From: Spiractinospora alimapuensis
GTDB lineage: Bacteria > Actinomycetota > Actinomycetes > Streptosporangiales > Streptosporangiaceae
Length of the DNA: 64,000 nucleotides
Direction: 5' to 3'
Assembly (NCBI RefSeq): GCF_018437505.1
Contig: NZ_CP072467.1
Coordinates: 3,494,010 to 3,558,009, forward strand
Below are positions 39,841-48,675 of this stretch, piece after piece. Position 1 is the first letter of the stretch; each line of letters starts with the position of its first letter. A program made the translations under genes and the position numbers. The notes under the pieces were generated by a model. That model worked only from the letters and a program-made list of their open reading frames with translations. It ran no database searches and had not been told where the DNA came from.

Positions 39841-39922
39841 GTTCGATCCGGGTCGATCTCAGAAGTGTGCTGACGTGGACTCGGCGTCCGCCGCCGTCCG
39901 CCTGAGTCACGTGGTGTCTGGT

Positions 39923-39947
39923 CGCGTTGCTGTCACTACTGCTGTCA
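39923..39947. repeat. 25-bp direct repeat cgcgttgctgtcactactgctgtca (copy 1, inside the element's P' arm, 83 bp from the attL core)
   Basis: Identical to 49888..49912 (48 bp from the attR core). Candidate integrase arm-type site. Confidence 0.55.
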
Positions 39948-40360
39948 GACCGCATCATCGCTGAACGTCCGCCAGCCTCGCACATGCACGGACGACATGT
40001 GCGTTCCTCACTCGCGTCAGGTGGCGGTCCTCCCATCCCGGCGGCGGGTGACGGCGGTATCGAACCGGCGCGGGTTCTGGCGCGTGCGGTCTGTACCCGG
40101 GCACGTCCCGCATCGCGCCAGGTTCCGTGTCGGAACCGGGGGTCCATGGGGGCGGGAGCCCCCTGGTTCCACCAGTCCGCACCCGCGCAAGCGTCCACCG
40201 TTCGGGACCGGGCGGCAGCCCGCAGCCCGAGCGGTGGACGGGGCTGGTGCGACGGCGCGCAGCGCCGGCGCCTTGATCCCATACAGCCGGATTCGGCAGC
40301 GATTTCTACCTGAGCGCCAATGACCTCGATACATTCTTTCCGATCAAGAGATATCTACAA

Positions 40361-41362
40361 TTGGACCACCAGAAAGCAGACTTCAATCCCGACCCAAACA
40401 TTGGGCCTCGAACAAACACCAACAAGGCGATAAAATTTCAGATCCATCGGAGGATGACACGATCAAGCACAAAGAGAGGGACAACTTTGGTAAACACAGG
40501 CGAACCCGATGCAACCGATGACGCCAATCCGCCTAACAGTACAGAAGGCCCCACCACGGCTGCCTATGATCTTGCTGACACAAGATTCAGATTACATGAG
40601 AACCAGAGTGCTATCGAAAAGGAAGAGAACGGCAAGAGATACTCGTCGTGGGCCATTACATCAACCTTCGTGTTTCTGATATTGATAGCGGCACTCAACT
40701 ACATCGACCCTCCCCACACACCCCTTCTGTGGATCAACATCGGAACAGGGATTGTTGCCATTACCGCGATAATTTGGAGCGGACTAAACGTAACCCACAG
40801 AAATGCGAGCATAACAAGACTCCACTCATCACGTCGAAAATTGCGCGACGCAGAGAAGAACGCCAGGATTCGCGTATCCGATCGAGACTTGACACGAATC
40901 CTCTGGAACTACCACTCGGACATCGCGGCAGCCATCGATGACTACAGAGCCAGCGCTCGCAGCTACAGGACCATCCACAATAGATTCCAGACCTTCATCA
41001 TTGTTGTCTCCCTCCTGGTTACCGCAGTAACCACCGCCTCTGCACAGTTCTCTGGACTCGAATGGATCGCCGCAGTCCTCAGCTTCTTGGTCGCCGTATC
41101 GACAGGAATTCTTGGCTACTTCAAGTTCCGCGATCGCGGAGTAAACTTACAACGAGCGGCGGATGACCTGGAATACGAATACAATTCAGTCGAACTTGGG
41201 ATCAATTCTTACCGCAATGAGGAGAATACAGACAAACGTCTGAAGCTATTTGCAGAAAAATCCGAGTCCATCAAAATTGAACAAAGGAAGCGAGAGCAAC
41301 AAATGGAGCAAGGCCCAGAGCAGCAGACGACATCCGGCGGCAGCGAAGGCTCAGGACAATAG
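40361..41362 (+). CDS. AT-rich cargo gene: 4-TM membrane protein with tandem SLATT/DUF4231-like 2-TM modules (predicted pore-forming/effector-type)
   Basis: The ORF is far lower in GC than the rest of the window. It has two pairs of TM helices, each followed by a basic/acidic helix (…YRTIHNRFQTFIIVVSLLVTAVTTA…LSFLVAVSTGILGYFKFRDRGVNLQRAADDLEYEY). The pattern matches DUF4231/SLATT. The start is uncertain (TTG 40361 or ATG 40454). Confidence 0.55.
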   Translation: MDHQKADFNPDPNIGPRTNTNKAIKFQIHRRMTRSSTKRGTTLVNTGEPDATDDANPPNSTEGPTTAAYDLADTRFRLHENQSAIEKEENGKRYSSWAITSTFVFLILIAALNYIDPPHTPLLWINIGTGIVAITAIIWSGLNVTHRNASITRLHSSRRKLRDAEKNARIRVSDRDLTRILWNYHSDIAAAIDDYRASARSYRTIHNRFQTFIIVVSLLVTAVTTASAQFSGLEWIAAVLSFLVAVSTGILGYFKFRDRGVNLQRAADDLEYEYNSVELGINSYRNEENTDKRLKLFAEKSESIKIEQRKREQQMEQGPEQQTTSGGSEGSGQ

Positions 41363-41414
41363 ATCTCGCATCATCCCATGAATTCATCTTGCTTCATTCC
41401 TGTAAAGTGTCCCC

Positions 41415-42197
41415 ATGAGCCCGGAACGACTCATAAACCTTGGGCAAGAGCTTGGCCGCCTGAGAAAGTCAGTCGGACAGTCAGGCCGCACGTTGGCCTT
41501 CCTAGCGTCGGTCCCACAGCCGACCATATCCCGCGTTGAGAACGGACAGCGGGTGCGATCGGTTGAGGTGGTCGAACGCATCATTTCTGCTTTGCCGCTG
41601 GATGAGGGCGAGGCGGCCCGGTTGCGATCGAATGCGCGGGCCGCGTATGCGGAGGAGGCTCCTCCTCGGATCGATTCGGGGTTCTCGCTGAAGTCGGACG
41701 CTGTGCGCAGGTTGGAACGTTCGGCGACGGTGGTGTGGAGCTTTCAGTCCGCGGTACTGCCTCGGCTGCTCCGGACTGCCGAGTACAGCCAGGCTGCGGG
41801 CATGCCGCGTCTGAACAGTTCGGATCTCCTCGACGACGAGAGTCGAGCCTTCCGGTTCCTGGTGACTGAGGGCGCGCTGCGGACCTGGCCGGGTGCCGCC
41901 GAAGTGATGCCAGGTCAGCTCAACCACCTGACGTACGCGTCGACCCGGCCGAACCTATGGCTCGGTGTAATCCCCTGGTCGACGCCCATGCACACCATGC
42001 CTCCCCACGGGTTCACCGTGTACGACCAAGCGGCGGTGTCGGTGGAGACCTTCACGGCCGAGTTGACGATCACTGACCCGAACGACGTGACCGCCTACCG
42101 GGACGCCTTCGCAGATCTGGAACGCGCTGCCGTGACTGGGGACGAAGCACTGGCCGTGTTGGACACGATCCGTGAGGACCTCGGACGATTCCATTGA
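41415..42197 (+). CDS. XRE-family HTH regulator with DUF5753 C-domain (Scr1-like)
   Basis: HTH (GRTLAFLASVPQPTISRVENGQR) plus DUF5753. Paralogous to the chromosomal copy at 23802-24635. Confidence 0.75.
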   Translation: MSPERLINLGQELGRLRKSVGQSGRTLAFLASVPQPTISRVENGQRVRSVEVVERIISALPLDEGEAARLRSNARAAYAEEAPPRIDSGFSLKSDAVRRLERSATVVWSFQSAVLPRLLRTAEYSQAAGMPRLNSSDLLDDESRAFRFLVTEGALRTWPGAAEVMPGQLNHLTYASTRPNLWLGVIPWSTPMHTMPPHGFTVYDQAAVSVETFTAELTITDPNDVTAYRDAFADLERAAVTGDEALAVLDTIREDLGRFH

Positions 42198-42272
42198 TTC
42201 AGTGAATTCGTTGAATCATTCTGCCTTGGTGGCTTACCCTGCCCACAAGCAAGGTGTATAGCCCCCTAGACG

Positions 42273-42680
42273 ATGGTGGTTTTGATGGATCGCTGGTCTC
42301 GAATGTTCACCGCGCGCCCTGACCAAGTCGGTGCGGCGCGGGCCTTTACGTGTGGCGTACTGGAGGGACACCCCTCGTGCGATGACGCGTTGGTCGTCGT
42401 CAGCGAGCTGGCCACCAACTCCGTCCAGCACTCCTTAAGCGGGTGCTACGAGGGTCCGTTCATCGTCTCGATCGAGGTCCACGAGGAATCGGTACGTCTG
42501 AGTGTCCTGGACCTCGGCTCGGACTCCGAGCCGGTGCTTGAACAGCCAGAGGACGCCACGCAAGAACGTGGACGTGGACTGTGGTTGGTCGCGCAACTCT
42601 CCAAGGAGTGGGGTGTGGAGGCGGTGCAGGCAGAGTTCCTGCGGGTGTGGGCCGAACTCGTTCCCGAAACCGCCCCATGA
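42273..42680 (+). CDS. HATPase_c-type ATP-binding protein (RsbW/anti-sigma-factor-like Ser kinase family)
   Basis: ~135 aa with …VSELATNSVQHS… (N-box) and …ERGRGLWLVAQLSKEWGV… (G-box-like). This is the typical Streptomyces partner of XRE/DUF5753 genes. Confidence 0.7.
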   Translation: MVVLMDRWSRMFTARPDQVGAARAFTCGVLEGHPSCDDALVVVSELATNSVQHSLSGCYEGPFIVSIEVHEESVRLSVLDLGSDSEPVLEQPEDATQERGRGLWLVAQLSKEWGVEAVQAEFLRVWAELVPETAP

Positions 42681-42814
42681 CCGGTCCGCGCATGCCTCGG
42701 CGGCGCCGACTGTTCAACGCCATCAGCTCAACATCGGGCCAGGTCATGGATCCTGCCTTGTCTAGGGACCTAGACTCTCCCTCAGAGGACTGTGCGCACG
42801 AGGGAAGGGGGCCG

Positions 42815-43660
42815 ATGTCCAGCGAGTTTGAGCGCATTGCCGCCATGGAGGACCCGTTCGCGCTCCTGCGTGCGGCGACCGACCGGCTCAGTGAGGCACA
42901 GCAGGAGGTCACGGACCTGTCCCGGCTGCGCCGTCGCACAATTCAGGACCTGCACGCGCAAGGTCTCTCCTACGCGCAGATCGCCACACAGGCCGGCCTG
43001 AGCCGCGGTCGCATCCACCAGATCCGTCATACCGGTCCCGCTCCGGAAGGCGCGTTCTTCGGATCGGGCACGGTCACCATTGTCACGCCACTGCGGCCCG
43101 AGCCGGGCAAACCGCGGGCTGCAGTGTCCCTGGATGACCTCAACACCGGCAAGCGACTGGAGGACCTTGTCCGCTCCTTCGACCTGACGGTGCAGGACGA
43201 TCATGTCAGCGTTGACGGGGTGGTCGACCTGGATCGCCCTGGCCTGGTGGTCGTGTGCGGGCCGCGGATGTCGGAAGCGATGGCCAGGACCTACGCGCTC
43301 GATCCCGTGTTCGCCTGGGAACGTAACGATGCCGGCCCATGGTGTATTCGGGACCGGCGCACCGGGAAGGCCCACTACGCGGGCTCGGACGAGGCGCCGC
43401 CCTCGGCTGGTGACATCGGATACCTGGGTCGCCTTCCTCGGCCGGATGGTGCTGGCTCGATTCTGGCCATCGCTGGTATCCACCCGGTGGGCTCGCTGGG
43501 GGTGGCCCACTGGCTGACCACCGACATCGCCACCCTCTGGGGCCAGGTCGGGGATCAGGACTTCTCCGTCCTCATCCGTACCGAGTACGACCCGGACACC
43601 AATGAACCGGTGAAAACCGAGATGGCGACTCCGCTCTACCGTCACGAGGACGGGCGTTGA
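42815..43660 (+). CDS. Hypothetical protein with N-terminal sigma-70 region-4-like HTH
   Basis: ATG 42815 with GAGGGAAGGGGG upstream. HTH RRRTIQDLHAQGLSYAQIATQAGLSRGRIHQI. The C-terminal 200 aa are of unknown family. Confidence 0.5.
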   Translation: MSSEFERIAAMEDPFALLRAATDRLSEAQQEVTDLSRLRRRTIQDLHAQGLSYAQIATQAGLSRGRIHQIRHTGPAPEGAFFGSGTVTIVTPLRPEPGKPRAAVSLDDLNTGKRLEDLVRSFDLTVQDDHVSVDGVVDLDRPGLVVVCGPRMSEAMARTYALDPVFAWERNDAGPWCIRDRRTGKAHYAGSDEAPPSAGDIGYLGRLPRPDGAGSILAIAGIHPVGSLGVAHWLTTDIATLWGQVGDQDFSVLIRTEYDPDTNEPVKTEMATPLYRHEDGR

Positions 43661-44481
43661 GTTTCCGCCTGGCCACAGCTCGCGCCAAACCCGATCGGCC
43701 CAACGAGGACTTCGCCGCCGTGGGAACGAACGCGGCGGTCCTCCTCGATGGTGCGGGCACTCCGCCCGGAACCGTGTCCGGGTGCGTTCACGGAGTCGCG
43801 TGGTACGCCTCCACCCTCGGCGGGCTGCTCCTGGGGGCGCTCGGCTCTGCGAACAGTCCTGCCGGCGCGTTGGCTGACAGCATCGAGCGGGTCAACCAGC
43901 TCCACGCGGACACCTGCGACCTCAAGCACTCCGAAACACCCTCCTCCACCGTCGTCGCCCTGCGCTGGGATCACGCACACTGCGAGTACCTCGTGCTGGC
44001 GGATTCCGTGCTGGTCTTCGACCGAACCGGGAACGCGTCCCCGGACGTGGTGACAGACGACCGGGAAGCCGTCATGGGCGCTGAACTTCGCGGCCCCATG
44101 GACGCTCTACACACGGGGACGCCCGAACACTCCCGCGCGTGGAGCGACTACGCGGCCACTCTCGCCGACCACCGCAACCAACCAGGCGGATTCTGGGTCG
44201 CCAGCACCGATCCAAGCGCCGCAGACGAGGCGATCGCCGGTCGGGTGCCTCTGGACCAGGTGAACGCGGTCGCACTGCTCAGTGACGGTGCGAGCCGTCT
44301 GGTCGACCGCTTCCGCCTGACGACATGGCGCGCAACCCTCGATTCCCTCGCCCACGCCGGCCCTGCCGACCTGATCGACCAGGTCCGAACGGCAGAGCAC
44401 GGCGACCCAGACGGGCGACGATGGCCACGCGCCAAGAACCATGACGATGCGACCGTGATCTACGGACACCCCAGAGCCTGA
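43657..44481 (+). CDS. PP2C-family (SpoIIE/PP2C_2-like) protein phosphatase
   Basis: Carries NEDF, LLDGAGT and LLSDGASRLV motifs typical of PP2C_2 metal-binding sites. The TTG start overlaps the upstream stop (TTGA). Confidence 0.6.
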   Translation: MSFRLATARAKPDRPNEDFAAVGTNAAVLLDGAGTPPGTVSGCVHGVAWYASTLGGLLLGALGSANSPAGALADSIERVNQLHADTCDLKHSETPSSTVVALRWDHAHCEYLVLADSVLVFDRTGNASPDVVTDDREAVMGAELRGPMDALHTGTPEHSRAWSDYAATLADHRNQPGGFWVASTDPSAADEAIAGRVPLDQVNAVALLSDGASRLVDRFRLTTWRATLDSLAHAGPADLIDQVRTAEHGDPDGRRWPRAKNHDDATVIYGHPRA

Positions 44482-44603
44482 ATACCCCCCTAGACAACCG
44501 GCGGACATCGCGCTACCTTTTGTCTATACCCCTAGACAACATCAACGGGAATTAGGCGTTCGCAGCGTCTAGGGGGCTAAACGGACAAGAGAGAGGCTGA
44601 CCG

Positions 44604-45008
44604 ATGGCGATTCAAGGTGCGCTTCCGGTGGAGTTCGGAGTCGTGTTCCCGCACGGTGCTTTCGCGCTCGGCGTGGAGGCGATCACGGATTTCGAGACGA
44701 AGAAGCCGCAGATGGACAAGGCGACCGGGTTGCCGCTGTGGGCGGTGGAGGTGATCGACGCCGATCCGGAAGCGCGCGGTAAGGCGAAGTCGGTGAAGGT
44801 GAAGGTTGCCGCGGACGTGTGCCCGACACTGCCGGATGAGGTGGGCGGTATGCCGTTTCGCCCGGTCGAGTTCGAGTCGATGTCCGTCGTGCCCTACGTC
44901 GACGACAACGGGCGCCGACCGCGTGTGGCCTACTCGCTGCGTGCTCGCGGTGTGAGGACCCCCGGATCTGGGGCGCGAAAGTCGCCTGCGGCCAAGGAAG
45001 CCGCCTAG
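44604..45008 (+). CDS. Hypothetical AICE protein (134 aa)
   Basis: ORF of normal GC immediately upstream of the tra/rep operon. No motif recognised. Confidence 0.4.
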   Translation: MAIQGALPVEFGVVFPHGAFALGVEAITDFETKKPQMDKATGLPLWAVEVIDADPEARGKAKSVKVKVAADVCPTLPDEVGGMPFRPVEFESMSVVPYVDDNGRRPRVAYSLRARGVRTPGSGARKSPAAKEAA

Positions 45009-45105
45009 AACGACGGTGGGGCGGCGCGATGTTGGCGCATCACGTCGCCCCGGAATCCTCCCCCTGCTATCCCTTGCGAAGACCTGGAAGAGGTGTCCCC
45101 TCATT

Positions 45106-45369
45106 ATGTCCGACCACCCTGCCCAAGTCCGTCTGGCTGCGCAGATCTCGCACTTCCTCGCTCTGGCCGGAGAGCGGATGCGCCGCCCCGCTGGCGACGT
45201 CATGGCCCCGGATGACGACCTGGCGTTCTTCGAACACAAGGCCGCGCTGTTCACGCGGATCGCCGCTGAGAGCCCCGATGACGAGCTCCGCCAGGAGGTG
45301 GCCGCCCGCGCGCGTGCTCAACTGTCCGAGGCGTTGCGGCGCCACGGGGTGGGCGGGGGCGAGCGGTGA
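45106..45369 (+). CDS. Hypothetical small AICE protein (87 aa)
   Basis: Internal ATG of ORF 45016..45369. Its stop overlaps the traB start (GTGATG). Confidence 0.3.
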   Translation: MSDHPAQVRLAAQISHFLALAGERMRRPAGDVMAPDDDLAFFEHKAALFTRIAAESPDDELRQEVAARARAQLSEALRRHGVGGGER

Positions 45370-46805
45370 TGGCGTTCCTGAGCAACGGGGCCACCCAAGT
45401 ACAGCCGACGGTGCCGCTTCCCTCTTCCGCGCTGCGCTTCACGACGCCTGTGGTGCGCACACCGGCCGCCTTCGTCCTCGCTGGCTGGTTGCTACGCCTC
45501 CTGACCTTCACTGCCAAGCTCCCCCTCCGTTTCCCCACGGCGGTCACCCTGGCCGCGACTTCGTCCGTGGTCGCTTCCATGCTGGGCTGGGTCGCCGCGA
45601 CTGGGCTATGGGTGGTGCTCGGGACGCTGCTGGGCGTGTGGGCCTGGCGTCGACCGGCCTCCTTTCGCCGGCTGGTCACGCTGCGCCTGCTGGCGGCATG
45701 GCGGTGGTGGTGGGTCTACGCTCGCCACTGGCAACCCGTGCTGGTGGTCGCTGGGCTGGCGGAGTCCTACGCTGAGCGGCGCTACCTGCCGCGGATTCGC
45801 CGCGTGCGCTGCACGGACCATTCCGATCGGGTGCGCGTACGTCTCGTCTCCGGCACCGCGCCCTCCGACGTCGAGAAGCGGGTCACCGAGCTTGCCCACG
45901 GGTTCGGCGCACCGTCGTGTCGGGTGGAGGTCGCCGGTCCGCGGGACGTGGTGCTGGAGTTCCCTCGCTTCGATCCGCTGGCCGACCCGGTCGATGCCCT
46001 GGACGTTCCCGCAACCGCCTCCCCGGCCGCACTGCCCATAGGAGTTCGGGAGGACGGCGGTACCTGGTGGCTGCGGCTGCACGGCACCCATGTTCTGACC
46101 GTGGGAGTGACCGGCGCCGGGAAGGGGTCGGTGATCTGGTCGACGATCCGTGCCCTGCTCCCCGGGGTGGACGACGGGTCGGTACAGATCTGGGCGATCG
46201 ACCCCAAGCGTATGGAGCTCTCCTTCGGGCGGCGCCTGTTCGCGCACTACGCAGACACCGCTGAGTCCGCGGTGGACCTGCTGGAACAGGCAGTTGCCGA
46301 CATGCAGGGACGAGCGTCGCGCTACGCCGGGCACCAACGCACCCACCGGCCTACCAAACGTGACCCCTTCGTGGTCGTCGTGGTCGACGAGGTGGCCTTC
46401 CTGACCGCCTACCACCCTGACCGCGACATCCGGCGGCGTGCGGAGAACGCGATCGCCACCCTCACCTCGCAAGGGCGCTCGGTCGGGTTCTCAGTACTCG
46501 CCGCCTTGCAGGATCCCCGCAAGGAGGTGCTGAACCTCCGCAACCTGTTCCCCGACAAGATCGCCCTCCGGCTCGACGAGGCGTCCCAGGTTGACATGGT
46601 GCTCGGTGCGGACGCTCGGGAACGGGGCGCCAACGCACACCTGATCGATCCGGCGCTCCCTGGGGTCGGATTCGTGCGCTGTGAAGGTTCACCCGTCCCA
46701 CTGAGGGTCCGGGCCGCGTTCGTCACCGACGACGACATCGACCACATGGCCGACCACCACGCCCGTCCCGCACTGTCGGCCGTACCCCACGAGGGGGCCG
46801 CCTGA
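45366..46805 (+). CDS. traB: FtsK/SpoIIIE-family DNA translocase (AICE transfer protein TraB/TraSA-like)
   Basis: N-terminal TM helices, Walker A VGVTGAGKGS, Walker B VVVVDEVA. Translationally coupled to repSA. Confidence 0.8.
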   Translation: MMAFLSNGATQVQPTVPLPSSALRFTTPVVRTPAAFVLAGWLLRLLTFTAKLPLRFPTAVTLAATSSVVASMLGWVAATGLWVVLGTLLGVWAWRRPASFRRLVTLRLLAAWRWWWVYARHWQPVLVVAGLAESYAERRYLPRIRRVRCTDHSDRVRVRLVSGTAPSDVEKRVTELAHGFGAPSCRVEVAGPRDVVLEFPRFDPLADPVDALDVPATASPAALPIGVREDGGTWWLRLHGTHVLTVGVTGAGKGSVIWSTIRALLPGVDDGSVQIWAIDPKRMELSFGRRLFAHYADTAESAVDLLEQAVADMQGRASRYAGHQRTHRPTKRDPFVVVVVDEVAFLTAYHPDRDIRRRAENAIATLTSQGRSVGFSVLAALQDPRKEVLNLRNLFPDKIALRLDEASQVDMVLGADARERGANAHLIDPALPGVGFVRCEGSPVPLRVRAAFVTDDDIDHMADHHARPALSAVPHEGAA

Positions 46806-48487
46806 TGCCAACCCCAACCGGCAAGAGCACCCGTGCCGAACGTATGGCCCAACCTCTCGCGCGTGAGGTGGCCGAACAGATCGCGGCCGACAAGGGGGTC
46901 TGCATCCGCCCTGTCTCGCTGCGACGTGTTGATACGCGTACCGGAGACTCCGAGGTGATCGACGTTCCGTGCGGCTCGACCCTCGAATCTCGGTGTCCGG
47001 CCTGCGCCAAGCGCAAGCGATCGATCCGCCGCACCCAATGCGAGGAAGGGTGGCACCTGGCAGAGGACCCCACACCCGAACCCAACGATCCCACCGAGGT
47101 TCAGCGCTCCTGGGTGGAACAGCGCGCTCTCGTGACCGCGGAACGCGACCTCCTGGCCACCACCGACCTCGACGCCGACCGCCTGGCCGCGCTGGACGCC
47201 GCGATCGCCGACCTGGACGAAGAGATCAAAGCGTCCGGGCTTCGGGGATCGGTGTCTCCTCGCTCGTCCTCGTCGGGCACCTCCCGGCGCGTGCGTTCCA
47301 CCAAACGGCGCAAGGACGCACCAGACCTCCCTAAACGCCAGATGGCCAAAACGACCGTGGGGCGGTCCTACGAGGACCCCGCGACGGGCAAGACGTTCCG
47401 ACCGTCGCTTTTCCTCACCCTCACCTGCGACACCTACGGGCGCGTGAAGCCCGATGGCACGCCGGTGGATCCCGCGACCTACGACTACCGGCGGGCCGCG
47501 CGGGACGCGTTGCACTTCTCCAAGCTCATCGACCGGTTCGTGCAGAACCTGCGGCGCGTGGCGGGCTTCGATGTCCAGTACTTCGCGACGGTCGAACCCC
47601 AACGCAGGCTGGCACCGCACCTGCACATGGCCACGCGTGGGACGCTCCCACGGGCCGAGTTGCGCCAGATCGCCGCCGCCACCTACCACCAAGTCTGGTG
47701 GCCACACGTCGACAAGCCCCTCTACGGCGGCACCAACCTGCCTGGCTGGGACGAGTCGATCGATGGCTATGTCGACAGGACCACAGGGGAAGTACTGCCC
47801 ACCTGGGACGAAGCGTTGGACGCGCTCGATGCCGACCCCGATGCCGAACCCATGCACGTCGTCCGCTTCGGCCCCCAGATCGACGCCAAGGGCGTGGTGG
47901 CCGGCACCCAGGACGCCGATCGGTGCGTGCGGTACCTCGCGAAGTACCTCACCAAGGACATCGCCGACTGCCACGACATCGAGTCCTCAGCACAGGAACG
48001 ACACGTGGAACGCCTCGTGGACGCGCTGCGCTTCGAACCCTGCTCGCCCCGGTGCTCGAACTGGCTGCGCTACGGCATCCAACCCCAGGACGCCAAAGCG
48101 GGCATGACCCCCGGATACTGCCGCTCCAAGGCCCACCGCCGCGAACACCTCGGCTACGCGGGCCGGCGGGTCCTCGTCTCCCGCAAGTGGTCCGGCAAGA
48201 CACTCGCCGACCACAAGGCCGACCGCCTGGCCTGGGTCCTCGACGCCCTGGGCATCGATCCCAACACCAACCCCACGGACGAGGGCCAGGGCGACGGCCT
48301 CACACTCACACCGCCCGCGGATTCCTCCGGTCACCACACCTGGGAACTCGCCAGACCGACTGACCCCGACGTCCCGCCACGGGAACATCGGCTCCTCCGT
48401 GCGGTCGGTGAGGCCCTGAAACGCCGTGCGCGACTCGACCACGCACGCGAGACCAACCGTTCGGCAACCAGAGAGGCCGCGGCATGA
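46805..48487 (+). CDS. repSA: Rolling-circle replication initiator, RepSA family
   Basis: 560-aa protein with Cys-rich N-terminus and a HLHMATRG region. Position between tra and xis-int is typical of pSAM2-type AICEs. ATGA overlap with traB. Confidence 0.7.
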   Translation: MPTPTGKSTRAERMAQPLAREVAEQIAADKGVCIRPVSLRRVDTRTGDSEVIDVPCGSTLESRCPACAKRKRSIRRTQCEEGWHLAEDPTPEPNDPTEVQRSWVEQRALVTAERDLLATTDLDADRLAALDAAIADLDEEIKASGLRGSVSPRSSSSGTSRRVRSTKRRKDAPDLPKRQMAKTTVGRSYEDPATGKTFRPSLFLTLTCDTYGRVKPDGTPVDPATYDYRRAARDALHFSKLIDRFVQNLRRVAGFDVQYFATVEPQRRLAPHLHMATRGTLPRAELRQIAAATYHQVWWPHVDKPLYGGTNLPGWDESIDGYVDRTTGEVLPTWDEALDALDADPDAEPMHVVRFGPQIDAKGVVAGTQDADRCVRYLAKYLTKDIADCHDIESSAQERHVERLVDALRFEPCSPRCSNWLRYGIQPQDAKAGMTPGYCRSKAHRREHLGYAGRRVLVSRKWSGKTLADHKADRLAWVLDALGIDPNTNPTDEGQGDGLTLTPPADSSGHHTWELARPTDPDVPPREHRLLRAVGEALKRRARLDHARETNRSATREAAA

Positions 48488-48675
48488 GTGCCCTTCCGAC
48501 GCGACGCCTACTGACCGTCCCCGAAGTCATGGGCGCGTTGCGCCTCGGGCGCTGGAAGGTCTATGAGCTGATCCGATCCGGCCGGCTGAAGTCGGTGAAG
48601 ATCGGGCGCGACCGCCGCATCCCCACAGAAGCCCTGGACACGTTCATCTCCGAGCTACGAGAGGAAGCCGCCTGA
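48484..48675 (+). CDS. xis: Excisionase (Xis, HTH_17/MerR-like DNA-binding)
   Basis: 63 aa. LTVPEVMGALRLGRWKVYELIRSGRLKSVKIGRDRRIP is the excisionase pattern. Overlaps repSA and int. Confidence 0.7.
   Translation: MSALPTRRLLTVPEVMGALRLGRWKVYELIRSGRLKSVKIGRDRRIPTEALDTFISELREEAA

Noticed and set aside
39797-39880. Possible second tRNA gene at the left repeat
   Set aside because: Only the 3' 44 nt match tRNA-Ile. The upstream sequence cannot form D- or anticodon arms, so it is an att-site remnant.
39251-39964. 237-aa Pro/Arg-rich ORF spanning attL
   Set aside because: It crosses the chromosome/element junction and the tRNA fragment. Composition is typical of a non-coding GC-rich frame.
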